A stretch of DNA of 64,000 nt from Eledone cirrhosa (Eukaryota). How positions within the stretch are numbered: the stretch's first letter is position 1; the number at the start of each line of letters is the position of its first letter. Positions 15,001 to 30,000 of the stretch are shown in pieces. The notes under the pieces are model-generated. The model was not told where the DNA came from. It did no database searches and saw only the letters and a list, made by a program, of their open reading frames with translations. The DNA lies in NCBI GenBank assembly GCA_964016885.1, contig OZ024744.1, positions 74,276,001 through 74,340,000 of the forward strand, read 5' to 3'. The position numbers and the translations under genes were made by a program.

Positions 15001-18000
15001 TGGTATAGCTGCTACACCATCACAATCACCATTCACATATCAACCATGCTGAGTCAAGCTAGTTGAGATGGTATAGCTGCCAAAGTATCACAATCACCAT
15101 TCACATATCAACCATGGTAGAGTCTAGCTAGTTGAGATGGTATAGTTGCTAAACCATCACAATCACCATTAACATATCAACGATGCTAGAGTCTAGCTAG
15201 TTGAGATTGTAAAGCTGCTAAACCATCACAATCACCATACAAATATTAACCATGGCAGAGTCTAGCAAGTTGAGATGGGATAGCAGATAAACCATCACAA
15301 TCACTATTCATACATCAACCATGGCTGAGTCTAGCTAGTTGAGATGGTATAGCTGCAAAACCATCACAATCACCATCTAAATATCAAACATGCTAGAGTC
15401 TAGCTAGTTGAGATGGTATAGCTGCTAAACCATCGCAATGACCATTAACATATCAACCTTGCTACAGTCTAGCTAGTTGAGATGGTATACCTGATAAACC
15501 ATCACAATCCCTATTCACATATCAACCATGCTAGTGTCTAGCTAGTTGAAATGGTATAGCTGATAAACCATCACAATCCCTATTCACATATCAACCGTGC
15601 TAGAGTCTAGCTAGTTGAGATGGTATAGCTGCTAAAGCATCACAATTACCATTCACATATCAACCATGGTAGAGTCTAGCAAGTTGAGATGGTATAGCTG
15701 ATAAACCATCACAATCACCTTTCACATATCAACCATGCTAGAGTCTAACTAGTTGAGATGGTATAGCTGATGAACCATCAAAATCACTATTCATTAATCA
15801 TCCATGCTAGAGTCTAGCTAGTGGAGAAGGTATAGCTGCTAAAGCATCACAATCACCATCCAAATATCATCAAATGCTAGAGTCTAGCTAGTTGAGATGA
15901 TATAGCTGTTAAACCATCACAATCACCATTCACTTATTAACCATGCTAGAGTCTAGCTAGTGGAGAAGGTATAGCTGCTAAACCATCTCAATCACCATTC
16001 ACATATCAACCATGCAAGAGTCTTGCTAGTTGAGATGGTATAGCTGCTAAACCATCACAATCACCATTCACATGCTAGAGTCTAGCTAGATGAGATGGTA
16101 TAGCTGCTAAACCATCACAATGACCATTAACATATCAACCATGCTACAGTCTAGCTAGTTGAAATAGTATAGCTGCTAAACCATCACGATCACCATTCCC
16201 ATATCAACCAAGCTAGAGTCTAGCTAGTTGAGATGGTATAGCTGATAAACCATCACAATCCCTATTCACATATCAACCTTGCTAGAGTCTAGCTAGTGGA
16301 GAAGGTATAGCTACTAAACCATCACAATCACCATTCACATATCAACCGTGCTACAGTCTAGCTAGTTGAGATGGTATAGCTGCTAAACCATTACAATCAC
16401 TATTCACATATCAACGATGCTGGGTCTAGCTGTTTGAGATGGTATAGCTGCTAAACCATCACAGTCACTATTCACATATCAACCATGCTAGAGACTAGGT
16501 AGTTGAGATGGTATAGCTGCTAAACTCTCACAATCACTATTCACATTTCAACCATGCTAGAGTCTAGGTATTTGAGATGGTATAGCTGATAAACCATCAC
16601 AATCACCATTCACATATCAAGCATGGTCGAGTCTAGCTAGTTGTGATGGTATAGCTGCTAAACCATCAAAATCACTAATCACATATCAACCATGCTAGAG
16701 TTTAGCTGGTTGAGATGGTTTAGCTGCTAAACAATCACAATCACCATTCACATATCAACCAAGCTAGAGTATAGCTAGTTGAGATAGTATAGCTGCTAAA
16801 CCATCACAATCTCTATTCACATATCAACCATGCTCGAGTCTAGCTAGTTGAGATGGTATAGCTGATAAACCATCACAAACCCTATTCACATATCAACCTT
16901 GCTAGAGTCTAGCTAGTTGAGATGGTATAGCTGCTAAAGCATCATAATCACCATTCATATATCAACCTTGCTAGCGTCTAGCAAGTTGAGATGGTATAGC
17001 TACTAAACCATCACAATCACCATTCACATATCAAGCATGCTAGAGTCTAGCTAGTTGAGATGGTATAGTTGCTAAACCATCACAATCATCATCCAAATAT
17101 CAAACATGCTAGAGTCTAGCTAGTTGACATGGTATAGCTGATAAACCATCACAATCACTATTCACATATCAACAATGCTTGGGTCTAGCTAGTTGAGATG
17201 GTATAGCTGCTAAACCATCACAATCACTATTCACATTTCAACCATGCTAGAGACTAGGTAGTTGAGATGGTATAGCTGCTAAACTCTCACAATCACTATT
17301 CACATTTCAACCATTCTAGAGTCTAGCTAGTTGAGATGGTATAGCTGCTAAACCATCACAATAACCATTAACATGTCAACCATGCTACAGTCTAGCTAGT
17401 TGAGATGGTATAGCTGCTAAACCATCACAATCACCATTCACATATAAACCAAGCTAGAGTCTAGCTAGTTGAGATGGTATAGCTGCTAAACCATCACAAT
17501 CAATATTCACATATCAACCATGCTAGAGTCTAGCTAGTTGAGATGGTATAGCTGATAAACCATCACAATCCCTATTCACATATCAACCTTGCTAGAGACT
17601 AGCTAGTTGAGATGGTATAGCTGCTAAAGAATCACAATCACCATTCACATATCAACCATGGTAGAGTCTAGCAAGTTGAGATGGCATAGCTGCTAAAGCA
17701 TCACAATCACCATTCACATATCAACCATGCTATAGTCTAGTTAGTGGAGATGGTATAGCTGCTAAACCATCACAATCACCATTCACATATCAACGATGAT
17801 ACAGTCTAGCTGGTTGAGATGGTATAGCTACTAAACTATCACAATAACCATTCACATTTCAACCATGCTAGAGTCTAACTAGATGAGATGGTATAGCTGA
17901 TGAACCATCACAATCACTATTCATTAATCAACCATGCATGAGTCTTGCTAGTTGAGATGGTATAGCTTCTAAACCATCACAATCACCATTCACATATCAA

Positions 18001-21000
18001 CCATGCTAGAGTCTAGCTAGTTGAGATGGGATAGCTGCTAAACCATCACAATCACTATTCACATATCAACCATGCTAGAGACTAGCTAGTTGAGATGGTA
18101 TAGCTGCTAAACTATCACAATCACCATTCACATATCAACCATGGTAGAGTCTAGCTAGTTGAGATGGTATAGCTGCTAAACCATCACAATCACCATTCAC
18201 ATATCAAGCATGCTAGAGTCTAGCTAGTTGAGATGGTATAGCTGCTAAACCATCACAATCACCATTCACATATCAACCAAGCTAGAGTCTAGCTAGTTGA
18301 GATGGTATAGCTGCTAAACCATCACAATCTCTATTCACATATCAACCATGCTAGAGTCTAGCTAGTTGAGATGGTATAGCTGATAAACCATCACAATCCC
18401 TATTCACATTTTAACCTTGCTAGAGTCTAGCTAGTTGAGATGGTATAGCTGCTAAAGTATCACAATCACCATTCACGTATCAACCTTGCTAGCGTCTAGC
18501 AATTTGAGATCGTGTAGCTGCTAAAGCGTCACAATCACCATTCACATATCAACCATGGTAGAGTCTAGCTAGTTGAGATGGTATAGCTGCTAAACCATCA
18601 CAATCACCATTAACATATGAACGATGCTAGAGTCTAGCTAGTTGAGATGGTATAGCTGCTAAACCATCACAATCACCATTCACATATAATGCATGCTAGA
18701 GTCTAACTAGTTGAGATGTTATAGCTGATAAACCATCACAATCACTATTCATATATCAACCATGCTAGAGTCTAGCTAGTTGAGATGGTATAGCTGCTAA
18801 ACCATCACAATCACCGTCCAAATATCAAACATGCTAGAGTCTAGCTAGTTGAGATGGTATAGCTCCTAAACCATCACAATGACCATTAACATATCAACCA
18901 TGCTACAGTCTAGCTAGTTGAGATGGTATAGCTGCTAAACCATCACAATCACCATTCACATATCAACCATGGTAGAGTCTAGCTAGTTGAGATGGTATAG
19001 CTGCTAAACCATCACAATCATCATTCACATATCAAGCATGCTAGAGTCTAGCTAGTTGAGATGGTATAGCTGCTAAACCATCAAAATCACTAATCACATA
19101 TCAACCATGCTAGAGTCTAACTAGTTGAGATGGTATAGCTGCTAAACCATCACAATCACCATTCACATATCAACCAAGCTAGATTCTAGCTAGTTGAGAT
19201 GGTATAGCTGCTAAACCATCACAATCTCTATTCACATATCAACCATGCTAGAGTCTAGCAAGTTGAGATGGTATAGCTGCTAAATCATCCCAATCACCAT
19301 TCACATATCAACCATGGTAGAGTCTAGCAATTTGAGATGGTATAGCTGCCAAAGCAACACAATCACCATTCACATATCAACCATGCTAGAGTCTAGTTAG
19401 TGGTGATGGTATAGCTGCTAAACCATCACAATCAACATTCACATATCAACGATGCTACAGACTAGCTAGTTGAGATGGTATAGCTACTAAACTATCACAA
19501 TAACCATTCACATATCAACCATGCTAGAGTCTAACTAGTTGAGATGGTATAGCTGATGAACCATCACAATCACTATTCATTAAAAAACCATGCTAGAGTC
19601 TAGCTAGTTGAGATGGTATAGCTGCTAAACCATCTCAATCACCATCCAAATATCAACAAATGCTAGATTCTAGCTAGTTGAGATGGTTTATGTGCTAAAC
19701 CATCACAATCACCATTCACCTATTAACCATGCTAGAGTCTATCTAGTTGAGATGGTATAGCTGCTAAACCATCACAATCTCTATTCACATATCAACCATG
19801 CTCGAGTCTAGCTAGTTGAGATGTTATAGCTGATAAACCATCACAACCCCTATTCACATATCAACCTTGCTAGCGTCTAGCAAGTTGAGATGGTATAGCT
19901 GCTAAAGTATCACAATCACCATTCACATATCAACCATGTTAGCGTCTAGAAAATTGAGATGGTATAGCTGCTAAAGCATCACAATCACCATTAACATATC
20001 AACGATGCTAGAGTCTAGCTAGTTGAGATGGTATAGCTGCTAAACCATCACAATCACCATACAAATATTAACCATGGTAGAGTCTAGCAAGTTGATATGA
20101 TATAGCTGATAAACCATCACAATCACTATTCATATATCAACAATGCCCGAGTTTAGCTAGTTGAGATGGTATAGCTGCTAAACCATCACAATCACCATCC
20201 AAATATCAAACATGCTAGAGTCTAGCTAGTTGAGATGGTATAGCTGCTAAACCATCACAATGACCATTAACATATCAACCATGCTACAGTCTAGCTAGTT
20301 GAGATGGTATAGCTGCTAAACCATCACAATCACCATTCACATATCAACCAAGCTAGAATCTAGCTAGTTGAGATGGTATAGCTGCTAAACCATCACAATC
20401 ACTATTCACATATCAACCAAGCTAGAGTCTAGCTAGTTGAGATGGTATAGCTGATAAACCATCACAATCCCTATTCACATATCAATCTTGCTAGAGTCTA
20501 GCTAGTTAATATGGTATAGCTGCTAAAGAATCACAATCACCATTCACATATCAACCATGGTAGAGTCTAGCAAGTTGAGATGGTATAGCTGCTAAAACAT
20601 CACAATCACCATTCACATATCAACCATGCTATAGTCTAGTTAGTGGAGATGGTATAGCTGCTAAACCATCACAATCACCATTCACATATCAACGATGATA
20701 CAGTCTAGCTAGTTGAGATGGTATAGCTACTAAACTATCACAATAACCATTCACATATCAACCTTGCTAGCGTCTAGCAAGTTGAGATCGTATAGTTGCT
20801 AAAGCGTCACAATCACCATTCACATATCAACCATGGTAGAGTCTAGCTAGTTGAGATGGTATAGCTGCTAAACTATCACAATCACCATTCACATATCAAC
20901 CATGGTAGAGTCTAGCTTGTTGAGATGGTATAGCTGCTAAACCATCACAATCACCATTCACATATCAAGCATGCTAGAGTCTAGCTAGTTGAGATGGTAT

Positions 21001-24000
21001 GGCTGCTAAACAATCAAAATCACTAATCACATATCAACCATGCTAGAGTCTAGCTAGTTGAGATGGTATAGCTGCTAAACCATCACAATCACCATTCACA
21101 TATCAACCAAGCTAGAGTCTAGCTAGTTGAGATGGTATAGCTGCTAAACCATCACAATCTCTATTCACATATCATCCATGCTAGAGTCTAGCTAGTTGAG
21201 ATGGTATAGCTGATAAACCATCACAATCCCTATTCACTTTTCAACCTTGCTAGAGTCTAGCTAGTTGAGATGGTATAGCTGCTAAAGCATCACAATCACC
21301 ATACAAATATTAACCATGGTAGAGTCTAGCTAGTTGAGATGGTATAGCTGCTAAACCATCACAATCACCATTAACATATGAACGATGCTAGAGTCTAGCT
21401 AGTTGAGATGGTATAGCTATTAAACCATCACAATCACCATTCACATATAATGCATGCTAGAGTCTAACTAGTTGAGATGGTATAGCTGATAAACCATCAC
21501 AATCACTATTCATATATCAACCATGCTAGAGTCTAGCTAGTTGAGATGGTATAGCTGCTAAACCATCACAATCATCATCCAAATATCAAACATGCTATAG
21601 TCTAGCTAGTTGAGATGGTATAGCTGCAAAACCATCACAATCACCATACAAATATTAACCATGGTAGAGTCTAGCTAGTTGAGATGGTATAGCTGATAAA
21701 CCATTACAATCACTATTCATATATCAACCATGCCCGAGTCTAGCTAGTTGAGATGGTATAGCTGCTAAACCATCACAATCACCATCCAAATATCAAACAT
21801 GCTAGAGTCTAGCTAGTTGAGATGGTATAGCTCCTAAACCATCACAATGACCATTAACATATCAAACATGCTACAGTCTAGCTAGTTGAGATGGTATAGC
21901 TGCTAAACCATCACAATCACCATTCACATTTCAAACAAGCTAGAGTCTAGCTAGTTGAGATGGTATAGCTACTAAACCATCACAATCACTATTCACATAT
22001 CAACCATGCTAGAGTCTAGCTAGTTGAGATGGTATAGCTGATAAAACCATCACAATCCCTATTCACATATCAACCTTGCTAGAGTCTAGCTGTTTGATAT
22101 GGTATAGCTGCTAAAGCATCACAATCACCATTCATATATCAACCATGGTAGAGTCTAGCAGGTTGAGATGGTATAGCTGCTAAAGCATCACAATCACCAT
22201 TCACATATCAACCATGGTAGAGTCTAGCTAGTTGAGATGGTATAGCTGCTAATCCATCACAATCATCATTCACATATCAAGCATGCTAGAGTCTAGCTAG
22301 TTGAGATGGTATAGCTGCTAAACCATCAAAATCACTAATCACATATCAACCATGCTAGAGTCTAGTTAGTGGTGATGGTATAGCTGCTAAACCATCACAA
22401 TCAACATTCACATATCAACGATGCTACAGACTAGCTAGTTGAGATGGTATAGCTACTAAACTATCACAATAACCATTCACATATCAACCATGCTAGAGTC
22501 TAACTAGTTGAGATGGTATAGCTGATGAACCATCACAATCACTATTCATTAATCAACCATGCTAGAGTCTAGCTAGTTGAGATGGTATAGCTGCTAAACC
22601 ATCTCAATTACCATCCAAATATCAACAAATGCTAGATTCTAGCTAGTTGAGATGGTTTATGTGCTAAACCATCACAATCACCATTCACCTATTAACCATG
22701 CTAGAGTCTTGCTAGTTTATATGGTATAGCTGCTAAACCATCACAATCAGCATTCACATATCAACCATGCTAGAGTCTAGCTAGTTGCGATGGGATAGCT
22801 GCTAAACCATCACAATCACTATTCACATATCAAACATGCTAGAGTCTAGCTAGTTGAGATGGTATAGATGCTAAACCATCACAATCACCATACAAATATC
22901 AACCATGCTAGAATCCAGCAAGTTGAGATGGTATAGCTGCTAAACCATCACAATCACTATTCACATATCAACAATCCTGGGTCTAGATGTTTGAGATGGT
23001 ATAGCTGCTAAACCATCACAATCACTATTCACATTTCAACCATGCTAGAGACTAGGTAGTTGAGATGGTATAGCTGCTAAACTCTCACAATCACAATTCA
23101 CATTTCAACCATGCTAGAGTCTAGGTAGTTGAGATGGTATAGCTGATAAACCATCACAATCACCATTCACATATCAAGCATGCTAGAGTCTAGCTAGTTG
23201 AGATGGTATAGCTGCTAAACCATCAAAATCACTAATCACATATGAACCATGCTAGAGTCTAGCTAGTTGAGATGGTATAGCTGCTAAACCATCACAATCA
23301 CCATTCACATATCAACCAAGCTAGAGTCTAGCTAGTTGAGATGGTATAGCTGATAAACCATCACAATCCCTATTCACATATCAACCTTGCTAGAGTCTAG
23401 CTAGTTGAGATGGTATAGCTGCTAAAGCATCACGATCACCATTTACATTTCAACCTTGCTAGCGTCTAGCAAGTTGAGATCGTGTAGCTGCTAAAGCATC
23501 ACAATCACCATTCACATATCAACCATGGTAGAGTCTAGCTAGTTGAGATGGTATAGCTGCTAAACCATCACAATCACCATTAACATATCAAGGATGCTAG
23601 AGTCTAGCTAGTTGAGATGGTATAGCTACTAAACGATCACAATCACCATTCACATACAAGCATGCTAGAGTCTAACTACTTGAGATAGTATAGCTGATAA
23701 ACAATCACAATCACTATTCATATATCAACCATGCTCGAGTCTATCTAGTTGACATGGTATAGCTGCTAAACCATCACAATCATCATCCAAATATCAAACA
23801 TGCTAGAGTCTACCTAGTTGAGATGGTATAGCTGCTAAACCATCACAATCACTATTCACGTTTCAACCATGCTAGAGACTAGGTAGTTGAGATGGTATAG
23901 CTGCTAAAGCATCAAAATCACTAATCACATATCAACCATGCTAGAGTCTAACTGGTTGAGATGGTATAGCTGCTAAACCATCATAATCACCATTCACATA

Positions 24001-27000
24001 TCAACCAAGCTAGAGTCTAACTAGTTGAGATGGTATAGCTGATGAACCATCACAATCACTATTCATTAATCAACCATGCTAGAGTCTAGCTAGTTGAGAT
24101 GGTATAGCTGCTAAACCATCTCAATCACCATCCAAATATCAACAAATGCTAGAGTCTAGCTAGTTGAGATGGTATAGCTGCTAAACCATCACAATCAATA
24201 TTCATATATCAATCATGCTAGAGTCTAGCTTGTGGAGAAGGTATAGCTGCTAAAGCATCACAATCACCATTCACATATCAACCATGGTAGCGTCTAGCCA
24301 GTTGAGATGGTATAGCTGCAAAACCATCACAATCAATATTCATATATCAATCATGCTAGAGTCTAGCTAGTGGAGAAGGTATAGCTGCTAAAGCATCACA
24401 ATCACCATTCACATATCAACCATGCTGAGTCAAGCTGTTTGAGATGGTATATGTGCTAAACCATCACAATCACCATTCACTTATTAACCATGCTAGAGTC
24501 TATCTAGTGGAGAAGGTATAGCTGCTAGACCATCACAATCACCATTCACATATCAACCATGCAAGAGTCTTGCTAGTTGAGATGGTACATCTGCTAAACC
24601 ATCACAATCACCATTCACATATCAAGCATGCTAGAGTCTAGCTAGTTGAGATGGTATAGCTGCTAAACCATCACAATCACCATACAAATATCAACCATGC
24701 TAGAATCTAGCAAGTTGAGATGGTATAGCTGCTAAATCATCACAATCACTATTCACATATCAACCATGCTGGGTCTAGCTGTTTGAGATGGTATAGCTGC
24801 TAAACCATCACAATCACTATTCACATTTCAACCATGCTAGAGACTAGATAGTTGAGATGGTATAGCTACTAAACTCTCACAATCACCATTCACATATCAA
24901 CCAAGCTAGAGTCTAGCTAGTTGAGATGGTATAGCTGATAAACCATCACAATCCCTATTCACATATCAACCTTGCTAGAGTCTAGCTAGTTGATATGGTA
25001 TAGCTGCTAAAGCATCACAATCACCATTCACATATCAACCATGGTAGAGTCTAGCAAGATGAGATGGGATAGCTGCTAAAGCATCACAATCACCATTCAC
25101 ATATCAACCATGCTAGAGTCTAGTTAGTGGAGATGGTATAGCTGCTAAACCATCGCACTCACCATTCACATATCAACGATGCTAAAGTCTAGCTAGTTGA
25201 GATGGTATAGCTACTAAACTATGACAATAACCATTCACATATCAACCAAGCTATATTCTAACTAGTTGAGATGGTATAGCTGATGAATCATCACAATCAC
25301 TATTCATTAATCAACCATGCTAGAGTCTAGCTAGTTGAGATGGTATAGCTGCTGAACCATCTCAATCACCATCCAAATATCAACAAATGCTAGAGTCTAG
25401 CTAGTTGAGATGGTATAGCTGCTAAACCATCACAATCAATATTCATATATCAATCATGCTAGAGTCTAACTAGTGGAGAAGGTATAGTTGCTAAAGCATC
25501 ACAATCACCATTCACATATCAACCATGCTGAGTCAAGCTGTTTGAGATGGTATATGTGCTAAACCATCACAATCACCATTCACTTATTAACCATGCTAGA
25601 GCCTATCTAGTGGAGAAGGTATAGCTGCTAGACCATCTCAATCACCATTCACTTATTAACCATGCTAGAGTCTATCTAGTTGAGATGGTATAGCTCCTAA
25701 ACTATCACAATCACCATTCACATATCAACCATGGTAGATTCTAGCTAGTTGAGATGGTACATCTGCTAAACCATCACAATCACTATTCACACATCAACCA
25801 TGCTGGGTCTAGCTGTCTGAGATGGTATAGCTGCTAAACCATCACAATCACTATTCACATTTCAACCATGCTAGAGACTAGGTAGTTGAGATGGTATAGC
25901 TACTAAACTCTCACAATCACTATTCACATTTCAACGATGCTAGAGTCTAGCCAGTTGAGATGGTATATATAGCTGATAAACCATCACAATCACTATTCAT
26001 ATATCAACCATGCTCGAGTCTAGCTAGTTGAGAAGGTATAGCTGCTAAACCATCACAATCATCATCCAAATATCAAACATGCTAGAGTCTAGCTAGTTGA
26101 GATGGTATAGCTGCTAAACCATCACAATCACCATTCACATATCAACCATGCCGATTCAAGCAGTTTGAGATGGTATAGGTTCTAAACCATCACAATCACC
26201 ATTCATGTATTAACCATGCTAGAGTCTAGCTAGTTGACATGGTATAGCTGATAAACCATCACAATCACTATTCACATATCAACCATGCTTGGGTCTAGCT
26301 AGTTGAGATGGTATAGCTGCTAAACCATCACAATCACTATTCACATTTCAACCATGCTAGAGACTAGGTAGTTGAGATGGAATAGCTGCTAAACCATCAC
26401 AATCACTATTCACGTTTCAACCATGCTAGAGACTAGGTAGTTGAGATGGTATAGCTGATAAAGCATCAAAATCACTAATCACATATCAACCATGCTAGAG
26501 TCTAGCTGGTTGAGATGGTATAGCTGCTAAACCATCATAATCACCATTCACATATCAACCTAGCAAGAGTCTAGCTAGTTGAGATGGTATAGCTGGTAAA
26601 CCATCACAATCCCTATTCACATATCAACCTTGCTAGAGTCTAGCTAGTTGAGATGGTATAGATGCTAAAGTATCACGATCACCATTCACATATCAACATT
26701 GCTAGCGTCTAGAATATTGAGATGGTATATCTGCTAAATCATCACAATCACCATTCACATATCAACCATGGTAGAGTCTAGCTAGTTGAGATGGTATAGC
26801 TGCTAAACCATCACAATGACCATTAATATATCAACCATGCTACAGTCTAGCTAGTTGAGATGGTATAGCTGCTAAACCATCACAATCACCATTCACATAT
26901 CAACCAAGCTAGAGTCTAGCTAGTTGAGATGGTATAGCTGCTAAACCATCACAATCGCTATTCACATATCAACCATGCTAGAGTCTAGCTAGTTGAGATG

Positions 27001-30000
27001 GTATAGCTGATAAACCACCACAATCCCTATTCACATATCAACCTTGCTAGAGTCTAGCTAGTTGATATGGTATAGCTGCTAAAGCCTCACAATCACCATT
27101 CACATATCAACCATGGTAGAGTCTAGCAAGATGAGATGGTATAGCTGCTAAAGCAACACAATCACCATTCACATATCAACCATGCTAGAGTCTAGTTAGT
27201 GGAGATGGTATAGCTGCTAAACCATCGCAATCACCATTCATATATCAACGATGCTACAGTCTAGCTAGTTGAGATGGTATAGCTACTAAACTATCACAAT
27301 AACCATTCACATATCAACCAAGCTAGAGTCTAACTAGTTGAGATGGTATAGCTGATGAACCATCACAATCACTATTCATTAATCAACCATGCTAGAGTCT
27401 AGCTAGTTGAGATGGTATAGCTGCTAAACCATCTCAATCACCATCCAAATATCAACAAATGCTAGAGTCTAGCTAGTTGAGATGGTATAGCTGCTAAACC
27501 ATCACAATCACCATTCACATATCAACCATGCTAGAGACTAGCTAGTTGAGATGGTATAGCTGCTAAACCATCACAATCAATATTCATATATCAATCATGC
27601 TAGAGTCTAGCTAGTGGAGAAGGTATAGCTGCTAAAGCATCACAATCACCATTCACATATCAACCATGCTAGAGTCTAGCTGGTTGAGATGGTATAGCTG
27701 CTAAACCATCATAATCACCATTCACATATCAACCTAGCAAGAGTCTAGCTAGTTGAGATGGTATAGCTGGTAAACCATCACAATCCCTATTCACATATCA
27801 ACCTTGCTAGAGTCTAGCTAGTTGAGATGGTATAGATTCTAAAGGATCACGATCACCATTCACATATCGACATTGCTAGCGTCTAGAATATTGAGATGGT
27901 ATATCTGCTAAATCATCACAATCACCATTCACATATCAACCATGGTAGAGTCTAGCTAGTTGAGATGGTATAGCTGCTAAACCATCACAATGACCATTAA
28001 CATATCAACCATGCTACAGACTAGCTAGTTGAGATGGTATAGCTACTGGACTATCACAATAACCATTCACATATCAACCAAGCTAGAGTCTAACTAGTTG
28101 AGATGGTATAGCTGATGAACCACCACAATCACTATTCATTAATCAACCATGCTAGAGTCTAGCTAGTTGAGATGGTATAGCTGCTAAACCATCACAATCA
28201 CCATTCACATATCAACCATGCTAGAGACTAGCTAGTTGAGATGGTATAGCTGCTAAACTATCACAATCACCATTCACATATCAACCATGGTAGCGTCTAG
28301 CAGGTTGAGATGGTATAGCTGCAAAACCATCACAATCAATATTCATATATCAATCATGCTAGAGTCTAGCTAGTGGAGAAGGTATAGCTGCTAAAGCATC
28401 ACAATCACCATTCACATATCAACCATGCTGAGTCAAGCTGTTTGAGATGGTATATGTGCTAAACCATCACAATCACCATTCACTTATTAACCATGCTAGA
28501 GTCTATCTAGTGGAGAAGGTATAGCTGCAAGACCATCACAATCACCATTCACATATCAACCATGCAAGAGTCTTGCTAGTTGAGATGGTATAGCTGCTAG
28601 ACCATCACAATCACCATTCACATATCAACCATGGTAGAGTCTAGCTAGTTGAGTTGGTACATCTGCTAAACCATCACAATCACCATTCACATATCAAGCA
28701 TGCTAGAGTCTAGCTAGTTGAGATGGTATAGCTGCTAAACCATCACAATCACCATACAAATATCAACCATGCTAGAATTTTGCAAGTTGAGATGGTATAG
28801 CTGCTAAATCATCACAATCACTATTCACATATCAACCATGCTGGGTCTAGCTGTTTGAGATGGTATAGCTACTAAACCATCACAATCACTATTCACATTT
28901 CAACCATGCTAGAGACTAGATAGTTGAGATGGTATAGCTACTAAACTCTCACAATCACCATTCACATATCAACCAAGCTAGAGTCTAGCTAGTTGAGATG
29001 GTATAGCTGATAAACCATCACAATCCCTATTCACATATCAACCATGCTAGAGTCTAGTTAGTGGAGATGGTATAGCTGCTAAACCATCGCACTCACCATT
29101 CACATATCAACGATGCTAAAGTCTAGCTAGTTGAGATGGTATAGCTACTAAACTATCACAATAACCATTCACATATCAACCAAGCTATATTCTAACTAGT
29201 TGAGATGGTATAGCTGATGAATCATCACAATCACTATTCATTAATCAACCATGCTAGAGTCTAGCTAGTTGAGATGGTATAGCTGCTGAACCATCTCAAT
29301 CACCATCCAAATATCAACAAATGCTAGAGTCTAGCTAGTTGAGATGGTATAGCTGCTAAACCATCACAATCAATATTCATATATCAATCATGCTAGAGTC
29401 TAGCTAGTGGAGAAGGTATAGCTGCTAAAGCATCACAATCACCATTCACATATCAACCATGCTGAGTCAAGCTGTTTGAGATGGTATATGTGCTAAACCA
29501 TCACAATCACCATTCACTTATTAACCATGCTAGAGCCTATCTAGTGGAGAAGGTATAGCTGCTAGACCATCTCAATCACCATTCACTTATTAACCATGCT
29601 AGAGTCTATCTAGTTGAGATGGTATAGCTCCTAAACTATCACAATCACCATTCACATATCAACCATGGTAGATTCTAGCTAGTTGAGATGGTACATCTGC
29701 TAAACCATCACAATCACTATTCACATATCAACCATGCTGGGTCTAGCTGTCTGAGATGGTATAGCTGCTAAACCATCACAATCACTATTCACATTTCAAC
29801 CATGCTAGAGACTAGGTAGTTGAGATGGTATAGCTACTAAACTCTCACAATCACTATTCACATTTCAACGATGCTAGAGTCTAGCTAGTTGAGATGGTAT
29901 ATATAGCTGATAAACCATCACAATCACTATTCATATATCAACCATGCTCGAGTCTAGCTAGTTGAGAAGGTATAGCTGCTAAACCATCACAATCATCATC

